This document shows positions 1-9,825 of a stretch of DNA of 53,190 nucleotides, piece by piece. The DNA is from an uncultured Alphaproteobacteria bacterium. Its GTDB lineage: Bacteria; Pseudomonadota; Alphaproteobacteria; HIMB59; GCA-002718135. Where the stretch lies: NCBI GenBank assembly GCA_902522015.1, contig CABYTX010000004.1, forward strand, positions 1 to 53,190, read 5' to 3'. The notes under the pieces were generated by a model. It was given only the letters and a program-made list of their open reading frames with translations, made no database searches and was not told where the DNA came from. The position numbers were made by a program, and so were the translations under genes. Each line of letters starts with the position of its first letter. Position 1 is the first letter of the stretch.

Positions 1-18
1 ATCCATAAACCAACGATG

Positions 19-54
19 AAAAGAAGGGATATTCGCCGTGTCCCTTCTTTTTTT
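19..54. terminator. Intrinsic terminator hairpin, probably bidirectional
   Basis: AAAAGAAGGGATAT-tcgcc-GTGTCCCTTCTTTT stem (two G-U pairs) with a T-run on + and an A-run on the other side. It lies just past the mntR stop. Confidence 0.75.
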
Positions 55-91
55 ATACACTAGATAAAATTGATTTGGCAATAAATTAAAT

Positions 92-496
92 TTATTTTTT
101 AGAGTTAAAATTATCCATTTTTCTAAGTGTCTTTTCACTAACATGATGCTCTATTCCTTCAGCATCTTCAGAAGCTGTATTCTTGTCTAAACCAAGATTT
201 AGTAAAAAATTGTATACAATATTATGCCTTTTTTTTGATTCACTTGCTATTTTTTGACCTTTAAAAGTTAAAAAAATTGATCGATAAGGTTCTCTTTTAA
301 TGAAACCCTGTGTTTGTAATCTTTGTATTGTTTTATTAGCTGTGGCTTGTGCAATACCCAAGTTTTCAGCAATATCAACAATACGAGCTTCACCTTTGGA
401 GTTTAAAAGTTCTGCAATTAGTTCTAAATAATCTTCAGTATTTTCTGTTTTATGAGCATTTCGGACTTTGCTGAATGACATCCTTTTTTTTAGCAT
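92..496 (-). CDS. mntR: Manganese-responsive transcriptional regulator MntR (DtxR family)
   Basis: TEDYLELIA, winged HTH, RH..VYNFL and DAEGIEHHVSE metal-site motif as in E. coli-type MntR. Start is more likely ATG 496 or 481 than the TTG at 508. Confidence 0.9.
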   Translation of the reverse strand: MLKKRMSFSKVRNAHKTENTEDYLELIAELLNSKGEARIVDIAENLGIAQATANKTIQRLQTQGFIKREPYRSIFLTFKGQKIASESKKRHNIVYNFLLNLGLDKNTASEDAEGIEHHVSEKTLRKMDNFNSKK

Positions 497-519
497 AATA
501 ATCAACAAAAATTAACAGA

Positions 520-541
520 AAATGTAGCCATAGCTATATTT
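520..541. promoter_or_regulatory. MntR operator palindrome
   Basis: AAATGTAGC-CATA-GCTATATTT (8/9 inverted repeat) resembles the MntR box AAACATAGC-N4-GCTATGTTT. It sits between divergent mntR and the transporter. Confidence 0.8.
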
Positions 542-561
542 ATTAGCTATATATATATTCA

Positions 562-1713
562 ATGAATGCTCTAATTAACGCTATTAATGAAAAAACAAAG
601 ATCATTCTTGAGAATGATGGCAGGTTGTTAAAGAAATCTTTCTTTGGTCTATTATTACTTTCTCTTGTTTTTCAAGGAGGAGACTTTGGAGAAGTTATAC
701 GATCATCAATGATAGATGCTTATATACAGGTATCTGTTTTTGTTGGATTTACTCTATTTGTTTTTATTGGCTTGGATAGTTTAACAAAATTTGATGTTAA
801 GAATTTTTTATCTAAGACACAAAAGTTCCATGTCGGTATAGCTGCTTTTTTAGGTGCAATACCTGGATGTGGTGGAGCTATAATAGTTGTGACCCAATAT
901 ATTCAGGGCCGTATTTCTTTTGGATCTTTAGTCGCTGTATTAACAGCTACAATGGGTGATGCAGCTTTTTTAATACTTGCTATTGAACCCACAACAGGAC
1001 TTTTAATATTTGGTATTGGAATAATTGTTGGATCAATTTCAGGTTATATAATTGATTTTATTCATGGCATAAATTTTATGCAATCAGAGACAAAAATAAA
1101 AGTTGAATTTGAAAAAATAAATAAAACCTTTGTATCGAATTTTAATTTCTTTTGGCTTTTTTTATTTATTCCTGGTTTTGTTTTAGGTATTCTAGTTGCA
1201 TTCCAGATAGAATTTATTTCACCAGCTTATAACTCACTTTTAGTTTTCGTAGCTTCTGCTGGAGCAATACTTTCAATATTTATGTGGTCATTAAATCCAT
1301 TAAGTGATTTTCAATGCTCAACTGACAAAAGTAGAGGATTATTATCAAGGGTAGTAGATACAACTAATTTTGTAACCACTTGGGTTATTAGTGGTTTCCT
1401 TGTCTTTGAAATATTTATGTACTTTACAAGTTTAGATTTAAAAATATTTTTTGATTTATGGCTACCTTTTGTTCCATTGGTAGCAATTCTATTTGGTTTC
1501 TTACCGGGATGTGGACCACAAGTTGTTGTAGCAACGTTTTATCTAAATGGCTATATCCCTCTTTCTGCAGAACTTGGTAATGCTATTTCAAATGATGGTG
1601 ATGCTTTATTCCCAGCAATTGCTCTTGCCCCAAAAGCTGCGATTTTAGCTACACTATATAGTGCAATTCCTGCATTAGTTGTTGCCTACGGATATTTTTA
1701 TCTATTTGAGTAA
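562..1713 (+). CDS. Putative manganese transporter (MntX-like multi-TM permease)
   Basis: Hydrophobic multi-TM protein with repeated PGCGG/PGCGP and [16 protein letters not shown] motifs; divergent from mntR with an operator between them. Confidence 0.8.
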   Translation: MNALINAINEKTKIILENDGRLLKKSFFGLLLLSLVFQGGDFGEVIRSSMIDAYIQVSVFVGFTLFVFIGLDSLTKFDVKNFLSKTQKFHVGIAAFLGAIPGCGGAIIVVTQYIQGRISFGSLVAVLTATMGDAAFLILAIEPTTGLLIFGIGIIVGSISGYIIDFIHGINFMQSETKIKVEFEKINKTFVSNFNFFWLFLFIPGFVLGILVAFQIEFISPAYNSLLVFVASAGAILSIFMWSLNPLSDFQCSTDKSRGLLSRVVDTTNFVTTWVISGFLVFEIFMYFTSLDLKIFFDLWLPFVPLVAILFGFLPGCGPQVVVATFYLNGYIPLSAELGNAISNDGDALFPAIALAPKAAILATLYSAIPALVVAYGYFYLFE

Positions 1714-1717
1714 AATC

Positions 1718-1867
1718 TTGAAGAAAAACTTACCATCTAAAGTTTGTATTGTTTGCAATAAGCCATTCTCTTGGAGAAAAAAATGGGAAAGAGATTGGAA
1801 GAATGTTTTATATTGTTCTAAGAAATGCTCTAAAAATGGATTAAAAAAAAATAATAATAATAATTAA
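1718..1867 (+). CDS. DUF2256 family small Cys-rich protein
   Basis: [33 protein letters not shown] matches the DUF2256 pattern. Start uncertain (TTG 1706 or 1718). Confidence 0.8.
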   Translation: MKKNLPSKVCIVCNKPFSWRKKWERDWKNVLYCSKKCSKNGLKKNNNNN

Positions 1868-1876
1868 ATCTTATTT

Positions 1877-2026
1877 ATGACAGATAAATTAAATAAAGAA
1901 AAAAATACACATAATTCAAAAGATGATTCTAAAAAAGAAATACGTGAAACGAGATTAAAAAGGTTAGAAAAAAAACTGAAATCAAATATTTTAAAAAGAA
2001 AAAAAGCTATAAGCAAAAATGGATAA
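1877..2026 (+). CDS. Small basic hypothetical protein (49 aa) upstream of murA, not in the ORF track
   Basis: ATG 1877 to TAA 2026: MTDKLNKEKNTHNSKDDSKKEIRETRLKRLEKKLKSNILKRKKAISKNG. Overlaps the murA start; resembles the R..RL...L+.N+.RRK peptide often found before alphaproteobacterial murA. Confidence 0.65.
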   Translation: MTDKLNKEKNTHNSKDDSKKEIRETRLKRLEKKLKSNILKRKKAISKNG

Positions 2027-3275
2027 ATTAATAATAAAAGAAGGTTCTAAAATTTCTGGCTCAGTTAATGTCCACGGTTCAAAAAATGCTGCACTACCGA
2101 TTATAGTATCTTCTCTTTTATCTGATAAAACTTTAAAACTCTCAAATGTACCTAATGTGGTTGATGTTCTAAATTTAATAAAATTACTAAAAAATTATGG
2201 TGTAAAAATTGAGCACAAAAAAAATAAATTAAAAATAAATCCATCAAAAATTAAGAATCTATCAGCAGATTATGATGTTGTTCGAAAAATGAGAGCCTCT
2301 ATATTGATTCTAGGTCCATTACTTTCTCGATTTGGTGAGGCTAAAATATCTTTACCAGGAGGTTGTGCTATTGGAACTAGGCCGATAGATATACATCTTG
2401 CTGGTTTATCAAAATTGGGAGCTAATTTTGAAATTCAAAATGGTTTTGTTGTTGGTAGTGTTAAATCACAATTGATTGGAAATAAAATTAAATTACCATT
2501 TCCAAGTGTAGGAGCAACTGAAAATATACTAATGGCATCAGTATTGGCAAAAGGTGAAACTAAAATTTCTAATGCTGCAAGAGAACCAGAAATAGAAGAT
2601 TTATCAAAATGTCTTATAAAAATGGGTGCAAAAATAGAAGGTCATGGAACAAAAACTATTCTTGTACAAGGTGTAACAAATTTAAAAAAAGCAGAGCATG
2701 AGATAATTGCTGATAGAATTGTAGCTGGCACATATATAATTGCAGCTTTGATATTAAATTCAACTTTAGAAATAAATAATTTTAATACTATTTATTTAAA
2801 ATCCTTAATTGATATTTTAAAAAAAATGGGTGCAAAATTAAAAGTAAGTAAAAATTCGATAAAAGTCTCCAAAGGATCAAAACTTAAATCTACTAGTCTT
2901 TCAACTAGTCCATATCCAGGTTTTCCCACTGATTTACAAGCTCAGCTAATGTCTCTAATGTGTATCTCTGATGGGAAGTCAAAAATTAAAGAAACAATTT
3001 TTGAAAATAGATTTATGCATGTTCCTGAACTTAATAGATTAGGCGCAAATATTACAGTAGAAAAAGATACTGCTATAATTATAGGTAATCAAACATTTAA
3101 AGGAGCACAGGTTATGGCTAGTGATTTACGTGCTAGTATAAGTTTAGTGTTAGCTGCAATGAATGCAAATGGTCAAACAACACTAAATCGTGTCTATCAT
3201 CTTGATAGAGGGTATGAAAATATTGAAAAAACATTAGGTAGTTTGGGAGTAAAAATAAAAAGACAGAAAAACTAA
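2019..3275 (+). CDS. murA: UDP-N-acetylglucosamine 1-carboxyvinyltransferase
   Basis: GSKNAALP, RKMRASI, LPGGCAIGTRP (active Cys), PYPGFPTDLQAQ, HLDRGYE. Confidence 0.98.
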   Translation: MDKLIIKEGSKISGSVNVHGSKNAALPIIVSSLLSDKTLKLSNVPNVVDVLNLIKLLKNYGVKIEHKKNKLKINPSKIKNLSADYDVVRKMRASILILGPLLSRFGEAKISLPGGCAIGTRPIDIHLAGLSKLGANFEIQNGFVVGSVKSQLIGNKIKLPFPSVGATENILMASVLAKGETKISNAAREPEIEDLSKCLIKMGAKIEGHGTKTILVQGVTNLKKAEHEIIADRIVAGTYIIAALILNSTLEINNFNTIYLKSLIDILKKMGAKLKVSKNSIKVSKGSKLKSTSLSTSPYPGFPTDLQAQLMSLMCISDGKSKIKETIFENRFMHVPELNRLGANITVEKDTAIIIGNQTFKGAQVMASDLRASISLVLAAMNANGQTTLNRVYHLDRGYENIEKTLGSLGVKIKRQKN

Positions 3276-3321
3276 CTTTTTCTAGTTTTTTCTTTGATCA
3301 CAATATAAAAGCCTGCAATTT

Positions 3322-3969
3322 ATGAGCAAAATAGTTATTGCAGTACCAAGAGGAAGAATAACAAAAGAATGTAAAAACTTGTTACTTAAAACAAGTTTTG
3401 CCCCTGATCCTTTACTATTTGATAAAGATACAAGAAAGTTAACTTTTAAATCTAAAAAAAGAAACATTGAGTATATCAAAGTAAGAGCCTTTGATGCATG
3501 TACATTTGTTGCATTTGGAGCTGCACAAATAGGAATAGCTGGAGAGGATGTAATTAATGAATTTGACTACTCAGAAATATACGCTCCACTTGATTTAAAT
3601 ATTGGTCATTGTCGAATTTCTGTAGCTGCTCTGAAATCTTTATTAAAAAAAGAAGATCCAGAAACCTGGAGCAATATTAGAATTGCTACTAAATACCCAA
3701 ATATTACCAAAAAATTTTTTTATAATAAGGGAATACAAGTAGAAATTATAAAACTAAGTGGATCAATGGAATTAGCCCCTTCTTTAAATATGTGCAGGAG
3801 AATTGTAGATTTAGTTTCTACAGGAAAAACATTAAAAGAAAATGGTTTGACTGAAATTGAAGAAATAATGAAAATTCAATCTAAATTAATTGTCAATAGA
3901 TCGGCTTATAAGACAAATATGAATGAGGTTTCAAAAATTATTTCTGAAATAGGTACTTTTGTTAAATGA
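3322..3969 (+). CDS. hisG: ATP phosphoribosyltransferase, short form
   Basis: IAVPRGR, IATKYP, KLSGSMELAP, IVDLVSTGKTLKENGL; 215 aa with no C-terminal regulatory domain. Confidence 0.95.
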   Translation: MSKIVIAVPRGRITKECKNLLLKTSFAPDPLLFDKDTRKLTFKSKKRNIEYIKVRAFDACTFVAFGAAQIGIAGEDVINEFDYSEIYAPLDLNIGHCRISVAALKSLLKKEDPETWSNIRIATKYPNITKKFFYNKGIQVEIIKLSGSMELAPSLNMCRRIVDLVSTGKTLKENGLTEIEEIMKIQSKLIVNRSAYKTNMNEVSKIISEIGTFVK

Positions 3970-5246
3970 AAATAATAAAATTTAATAAAAATTTTTATAA
4001 TCAATTTAAGACAAAGATTGAAAAAAGAAATTCATTATCAAGTAAATCAATTCAAGAAGATGTAAAAAAAATTATTTATGATGTTAAAAATAATGGCGAT
4101 AAATCTCTAATTAAGTATGCAGCAAAGTTTGATAAAGTTAAAATTAGCAAACAAGATCTTAGTTTAGATTTATCAAAAATAAAAATACAATCTAAAGTTG
4201 AGCCACAAATATTTAATAGTTTTAAAAAAGCTATAAAAAATATTTCATCATTTCACAAAAAACAATTACCTAAAAATATCATCTATACTAACAATGGTGC
4301 AACATTGAGATCTGTATGGAAGCCTATTGACTCAGTTGGTTTGTACGTACCTGGAGGCAAGGCTTTTTACCCCTCATCTTTAATTATGAATGCAGTACCT
4401 GCAATCATAGCTGGAGTAAAAAGAATTGTTTGTATCACACCACCAACTAAATCAATTAATCCATATTTTATAAAATTAATAAAGGAATTAGGTATTAAAG
4501 AAACATATTTTGTAGGAGGAGCTCAAGCTATTTGTGCGCTAACGTTTGGCACTCAAACTATTAATCCAGTGAATAAAATATTTGGACCTGGTAATGCTTA
4601 TGTAGCAGAGGCAAAAAAACAATTATATGGAAAAGTAGGTATAGATTTACTAGCAGGACCATCTGAAATAATAGTTGTTGCAAACAACAACAATAATCCA
4701 GATTGGGTAGCTTCAGATCTAATAGCTCAAGCAGAACATGATGAAAATGCACAATCAATTTTAATTACGGATAGTAAAGATTTTGCAACTAAAGTCTTAA
4801 GTTCAATTAAAAAAATTAAAAAAGATTTATCAAAAAAGAAAATAATTGAAAAAAGTTTAAATAATAATGGAATTATTGCTTTAGTCGATAATATAGAACT
4901 CGCTTCAGAAATCATAAATTTTGTTGCACCAGAACATTTACATATTCACCTTGCTAATAATAAAAAATTATTATCGAATATAAATAATGCTGGTGGTATA
5001 TTTTTAGGTGAATACTCTGTCGAAGCTTTTGGTGATTATATTGTAGGAACTAACCATGTATTGCCGACATCAGGAGCAGCAAAATTTTCATCAGGGTTAG
5101 GTGTTTTAGATTTTATGAAAAGAACCTCTGTTGTTGATATGAATAAAAAATCTTTTAATGTTCTTTCAGAAGATACTCAAAAAATGTCAGGACTTGAAGG
5201 TCTAGATGGACATAAATTGTCAGTTAAAATTAGACAAAAGAAATAA
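3966..5246 (+). CDS. hisD: Histidinol dehydrogenase
   Basis: VGLYVPGG, GGAQAI, GPGNAYVAEAK, AGPSE, QAEHD, APEHL, GTNHVLPT. Confidence 0.97.
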   Translation: MKIIKFNKNFYNQFKTKIEKRNSLSSKSIQEDVKKIIYDVKNNGDKSLIKYAAKFDKVKISKQDLSLDLSKIKIQSKVEPQIFNSFKKAIKNISSFHKKQLPKNIIYTNNGATLRSVWKPIDSVGLYVPGGKAFYPSSLIMNAVPAIIAGVKRIVCITPPTKSINPYFIKLIKELGIKETYFVGGAQAICALTFGTQTINPVNKIFGPGNAYVAEAKKQLYGKVGIDLLAGPSEIIVVANNNNNPDWVASDLIAQAEHDENAQSILITDSKDFATKVLSSIKKIKKDLSKKKIIEKSLNNNGIIALVDNIELASEIINFVAPEHLHIHLANNKKLLSNINNAGGIFLGEYSVEAFGDYIVGTNHVLPTSGAAKFSSGLGVLDFMKRTSVVDMNKKSFNVLSEDTQKMSGLEGLDGHKLSVKIRQKK

Positions 5247-5270
5247 TTTTTACTATAAGCTTATAAAAAT

Positions 5271-5489
5271 ATGCCAAAAGAAGGATCGATTGAATTTCAA
5301 GGAGTTGTCTTAGAACTTCTTCCAAATGCAATGTTTAAAGTAAAATTAGAAAATGATCATGAAATCTTAGCTCATTCATCAGGAAAAATGAGAAAAAATA
5401 GAATAAGAGTATTAGCTGGTGATAAAGTGACAGTAGAAATGACACCTTATGATTTAACAAAAGGCAGAATTACTTTTAGATGGAAGTAA
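5271..5489 (+). CDS. infA: Translation initiation factor IF-1
   Basis: [51 protein letters not shown]. Confidence 0.98.
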   Translation: MPKEGSIEFQGVVLELLPNAMFKVKLENDHEILAHSSGKMRKNRIRVLAGDKVTVEMTPYDLTKGRITFRWK

Positions 5490-5659
5490 AAAAATCCAAA
5501 AAAAATAATATTATTTCATTAAAAAAAAAATCTAAATGCCCGACATGTAAAAAGGTTTCTAAGGAACCATTTATACCTTTTTGTTCAAAAAAATGTGCTA
5601 GTCTTGATTTGATGAAATGGCTCACTGATGAACATGGGCTACAAATAAAATCTGATTAA
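5480..5659 (+). CDS. yacG: DNA gyrase inhibitor YacG (59 aa, not in the ORF track)
   Basis: Translated by hand: [59 protein letters not shown]. Has the CPxC...PFCSxxC..xDL..W zinc finger and the typical infA..yacG..tRNA-Phe synteny. Confidence 0.88.
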   Translation: MEVKKSKKNNIISLKKKSKCPTCKKVSKEPFIPFCSKKCASLDLMKWLTDEHGLQIKSD

Positions 5660-5711
5660 TTATTCTATTTTTAATTGAATTTAATTATAAATACTTTATC
5701 TGATGTCCTGT

Positions 5712-5787
<76 letters not shown>

Positions 5788-6010
5788 CTTTTTTTTACTT
5801 TTTTTTGAAGGTAACTTTTTTGCTTTTGCATAGATAAACTACACAGCTTTTATTAGAGAAAAGTCTAAGTTTTGATAATTTTTGTTTAGTTAATTAGGTC
5901 GTAAATGTTACCTTTTATAACCCTCGAAATGTCTTGTTTTATTTATGCTTTTTAATCCTCCAATTCTTCAAAATTAGACTCTTAAAAAATTTGTGTTAAA
6001 GTGTTCTAAT

Positions 6011-6985
6011 ATGACTAAAAAAATTTTAGTTTTTTCAAATGGTGAAAAAATTGGAGATGGAATAATTAAATTGCAACTTCTTCACGAAATTAAAACAAGA
6101 CTTCCAGACTTTAAATTATATTGGCTTACTAATAAGGGTAAGACTGTTTATTCAAGCACTCTTAAATTCATTGCAAGTAATTATATTGATGAGATTCTTG
6201 ATCAAGCAGATCTTAATCCATTTTTTTGGAATAAAATATCAAAAAGATATAACTTAGAGAATGAATTTTTTGATTATATTTTAGATACACAAAAATCAGT
6301 AATAAGAACTATAGCATTAAAACGTATCAAGCATAAAAATTTTATTTCTGGATCAGCTAATGGTTTTTTTTCTTCTAAAAAAATTAAAAGTAATAAGAAA
6401 AGAAAGTATTATTTAAACTACATTTTAGATTTATTAGATTTAATAGTTATTAAAAAAAATAGAAATGACTTTAAAATGCCAATAAGTAAAAATCTCGAAG
6501 GAGTAATAAGTAATATTTTATTTAAACATAAAAGCTATGTAGGAATTGCACCTGGTGCAGGTGAAAAAAATAAGATTTGGCCTTTAGATAAATACATCGA
6601 ATTATGTAATTATTTTGAAAGAAATAATAAGACCATAGTTTTTTTTATTGGACCTGACGAATTATATTTAAAAGAAAAATTAAAAAATCTTTATCCTCAC
6701 TCAATATTTATCGAGGATCATATTGCTGGATTTCAAAATATAGAAATTATTATGGCTACCACCAAATATTTACAATTAGCCATTTCGAATGATAGCGGTG
6801 TTAGTCATATGTTATCCACTGGATATTGTCCATTAATTAAACTCTTTGGTCCAAAAGATTCTACAAAATTTACTCCTGAAAATCCAAATCTATTTTCTAT
6901 ATCTTCAAGTGATTTTAACTCAAAAAATATCAATAAAATACCTGTCTCTAGAGTGATTGAAGAAATAGAAAAAGTTCTGATTTAA
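6011..6985 (+). CDS. Glycosyltransferase family 9 (heptosyltransferase-like)
   Basis: EKIGDGI, IAPGAG..NKIWP, ISNDSGVSHM, LFGP motifs. ATG 6011 preferred over GTG 5993. Confidence 0.85.
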   Translation: MTKKILVFSNGEKIGDGIIKLQLLHEIKTRLPDFKLYWLTNKGKTVYSSTLKFIASNYIDEILDQADLNPFFWNKISKRYNLENEFFDYILDTQKSVIRTIALKRIKHKNFISGSANGFFSSKKIKSNKKRKYYLNYILDLLDLIVIKKNRNDFKMPISKNLEGVISNILFKHKSYVGIAPGAGEKNKIWPLDKYIELCNYFERNNKTIVFFIGPDELYLKEKLKNLYPHSIFIEDHIAGFQNIEIIMATTKYLQLAISNDSGVSHMLSTGYCPLIKLFGPKDSTKFTPENPNLFSISSSDFNSKNINKIPVSRVIEEIEKVLI

Positions 6986-7044
6986 AATTTCATATATTAG
7001 AAGGTAGACAAGTATATTTTTCATCATTACTTGTTTAATCTTAT

Positions 7045-7752
7045 ATGTTCAAATTTGATAAACTTGTATTTGGAGATGCAGGGTGGGGCGATGAATTTCT
7101 TATAGCAACACTCATGACTCTACTAGTAAGCATTTTATCAATGGGGTTGGGTCTTTTTTTAGCAATTATTACAGTTTGGGCAAAGATAATACAAAACAGA
7201 ATAACAAGATTTATTGCAAATTTTTATACGACAGTAATAAGAGGTGTTCCTGAATTATTAGTTATTTATCTAATTTTCTTTGGCGGCAATGCTGTTGTTA
7301 TGAGTATAGCTAAAGTATTTGGATATAATAAATATATAGAACTAAACGCACTTACAATTGCGACAATTGCCATTGCAGTAATATCAGCTACATATTCGAG
7401 TGAAGTTTTAAGAGCTTCTTATTTGGCTATATCTAAGGGTCAAATAGAAGCTGCAAGAGCACTGGGTATGAATAAATTTAGTATTTTTTTTAAAGTTATA
7501 TCACCTCAAGTTATAAGACATGCCTTACCGGGCATAGGGAATGTATGGCAAATAACTCTTAAAGATACTTCCCTCATTTCTGTAACTGGTCTTGTTGAAA
7601 TTATGCGTCAATCTAGAATATCTTCTAACGTTGAGCATTCACCTTTAACTTTCTTAATAACAGCAGCAATATTGTATTTATGTTTAACAACAATCTCTGG
7701 CAGGGTTTTTAAAACGCTAGAAGTAAATTATTCAAAAGGATTTTCTACATGA
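7045..7752 (+). CDS. Polar amino-acid ABC transporter permease (HisQ/OccQ-like)
   Basis: YTTVIRGVPELL, EAA loop (GQIEAARALGM), LKDTSLIS. Confidence 0.9.
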   Translation: MFKFDKLVFGDAGWGDEFLIATLMTLLVSILSMGLGLFLAIITVWAKIIQNRITRFIANFYTTVIRGVPELLVIYLIFFGGNAVVMSIAKVFGYNKYIELNALTIATIAIAVISATYSSEVLRASYLAISKGQIEAARALGMNKFSIFFKVISPQVIRHALPGIGNVWQITLKDTSLISVTGLVEIMRQSRISSNVEHSPLTFLITAAILYLCLTTISGRVFKTLEVNYSKGFST

Positions 7753-8459
7753 TTGAATTTTTAAATAGTCTTCAAAATTCTCTAATTTATAAAAATTTCT
7801 TTTTGGTCCTATCTGGCTTAGATAATACAATTTTATTATTATTAATTTCACTACCACTTGGTTTTGTTTTAGCATTATTATTTGCTCTAGGAAGAGTTTC
7901 TAAAATTACATTATTATCAAGAACAATTGCTAGCTATATTTTTGTCATTAGAGGAACCCCTTTACTTGTTCAAATATATTTAATTTATTTTGGTTTAGGT
8001 TCAGTAAAATTTATTCGAGAAAGTTTTTTATGGTACGCATTGAAAGAACCTTTTTGGTGCGGAGTAATAGCACTTACAATTAATACTGTTGCATATGGAG
8101 CAGAAATTTTTCGAGGTGGTATTCAATCAATTGAGAAAAGTCAGGTTGAATCAGGCCTATCTCTTGGGTTTGGGAAATTTTTACTTTTAAGAAAAATTAT
8201 TCTACCTATTGCAATACGAAAAGTGCTACCGTCTTACGGTAATGAATTAATACTAATGGTTAAAGCAACCTCTTTAGTTAGTCTGACAACATACATGGAA
8301 ATGACAGGTATTGCTAGAAAGATAATGGCTAAAACATTTGCACCTGTTGAAGCATTTATTGCTGCAGGAATTCTTTATCTTTTTTTAAATTTTCTAATGG
8401 TTCAATTTGTTAAATATTTAGAATGGAAATATAATCCACACTTAAGATTAAATAATTAA
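7749..8459 (+). CDS. Polar amino-acid ABC transporter permease (HisM/OccM-like)
   Basis: IRGTPLLVQIYLIYFGL, AYGAEIFRGG, NELILMVKATSL; ATGA overlap with the previous gene. Confidence 0.9.
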   Translation: MIEFLNSLQNSLIYKNFFLVLSGLDNTILLLLISLPLGFVLALLFALGRVSKITLLSRTIASYIFVIRGTPLLVQIYLIYFGLGSVKFIRESFLWYALKEPFWCGVIALTINTVAYGAEIFRGGIQSIEKSQVESGLSLGFGKFLLLRKIILPIAIRKVLPSYGNELILMVKATSLVSLTTYMEMTGIARKIMAKTFAPVEAFIAAGILYLFLNFLMVQFVKYLEWKYNPHLRLNN

Positions 8460-8905
8460 TTTCTAAATTTTTTATGACAAGTGCTGCAATTTGCTGCCAT
8501 TGCTTTAATAGCATCACTTATCATCTCTTTATCTTCTAATTCTATACTTAAAGATATCATTTCGATATCATCTACAAAGTTTTGGTTATATTCATTAAAT
8601 GTCTCACGATCACTCCAAATATTATCACTAGCTCCTTCTGCTTGACTATTTTCAGGATAAAAATCTTTAAATTCAGATGCTGAATGAAGAAGAGTTTCAT
8701 TAAGCTCCAACATTTCTTCATATTGATCTGAATTTATTAATCTGTAAAGTTTCGATGATGTGCTTTTAATTTTTTGCATTATTGCCATTCTTTCGTTAAC
8801 AATCTTTTCTAATGATTTGTCCTCTAAAGTTACTTTGTGAGCTAAAACATATAAAGGAAAGAATGAAATTAAAGTACTTATCGTTATTTTAAAGAATATA
8901 CCCAT
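8456..8905 (-). CDS. Class II cytochrome c (cytochrome c'/c556-like), exported
   Basis: Signal peptide, ERMAIMQ helix, FYPENS...ASDNIW, C-terminal CSTCHKKFR heme motif. Confidence 0.88.
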   Translation of the reverse strand: MGIFFKITISTLISFFPLYVLAHKVTLEDKSLEKIVNERMAIMQKIKSTSSKLYRLINSDQYEEMLELNETLLHSASEFKDFYPENSQAEGASDNIWSDRETFNEYNQNFVDDIEMISLSIELEDKEMISDAIKAMAANCSTCHKKFRN

Positions 8906-9782
8906 TTTTTGTTATTATATTATGCAAGTAATTATGTCCTAATTTTGCATATTCAAGAGGATTTGCTTTTTTAGGATCCTGCTCAGCTTCAATAATTAAC
9001 CATTTCTGATATTTTGCCTCATATAGTATCTTAATTAATGGATCGTAATCGATGCAACCATCTCCAGGAACAGTGAAAACACCATCTAAAAAAGACTCTC
9101 TAAAACTTAAGTCATCTTTAATAGATTTTAAAAAAACATCTTTTCTAATATCTTTACAATGAACATGGTTAATTCGAGAAATATAATTTTTTAATACTCT
9201 TTCGTAATTTGCTTTGGCAAACATTAAGTGTCCAGTATCGTAAAGCAAAAATGTATTTTGATTTGTCATATCCATAAATCGATCTACATCTTCCTCGGAC
9301 TGTATAATAGTTCCCATATGCTCATGATACGACATTGGCATTCCTTCATCCATCAGCATATCAGATAATTCACTGATTTTTTTGCAATAGCTATGCCATT
9401 CATCTTTTTCAAGTATTGGTCTTTTACTAAGAGCTTTTGATTGATCGCCTTGGATTGAATCAGATACATCAGCAAAAACAAAAACATCCGCATTAATTAA
9501 CTTTAATAAATTTAAATGATCTTGGAGTGCTATCCATTCTTCTTTTACACTTCTTTCTCTAAGCATTGCCCCATACCAACCACCTGGCATTTTTAAATTA
9601 AATTTTTCTAAAAGATATTTAGTTATTCCAGGATTTCTTGGAAATTTTCCACCTAATTCAATACCTGAAAATCCAGATGTGCTTGCATCCTCTAAACATT
9701 TTTCAATAGGAGTGTCACCTCCTAGTTCTGGCATATCGTCATTACTCCAGGCAATAGGTGCGATACCAAGTTTAATTTTCAT
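8889..9782 (-). CDS. iolE: Myo-inosose-2 dehydratase
   Basis: LGIAPIAWSNDDMPELGG, YHEHMGT, DTGH, HVHCKD, GVFTVPGDGCIDY, EAEQDP. Confidence 0.95.
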   Translation of the reverse strand: MKIKLGIAPIAWSNDDMPELGGDTPIEKCLEDASTSGFSGIELGGKFPRNPGITKYLLEKFNLKMPGGWYGAMLRERSVKEEWIALQDHLNLLKLINADVFVFADVSDSIQGDQSKALSKRPILEKDEWHSYCKKISELSDMLMDEGMPMSYHEHMGTIIQSEEDVDRFMDMTNQNTFLLYDTGHLMFAKANYERVLKNYISRINHVHCKDIRKDVFLKSIKDDLSFRESFLDGVFTVPGDGCIDYDPLIKILYEAKYQKWLIIEAEQDPKKANPLEYAKLGHNYLHNIITKNGYIL

Positions 9783-9825
9783 GAAGTTTTACATATTTCA
9801 TGATAGATGAAAAATAAAGATAAAT

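Noticed and set aside
16-63. Short Arg-rich ORF MKRRDIRRVPSFFIH as a possible leader peptide
   Set aside because: It coincides with the terminator hairpin, has no visible RBS, and no same-strand gene follows.
1843-1866. A-run and (AAT)n tract at the end of DUF2256 as a phase-variation repeat
   Set aside because: It is low-complexity sequence at the extreme C-terminus in a very AT-rich genome; slippage would have little effect.
3322-3969. Short HisG without adjacent hisZ
   Set aside because: hisZ is commonly encoded elsewhere, so this is not unusual.
5788-6010. Replication origin or dif site in the long spacer
   Set aside because: No DnaA-box cluster (TTATCCACA) and no XerC/XerD dif consensus could be recognised.
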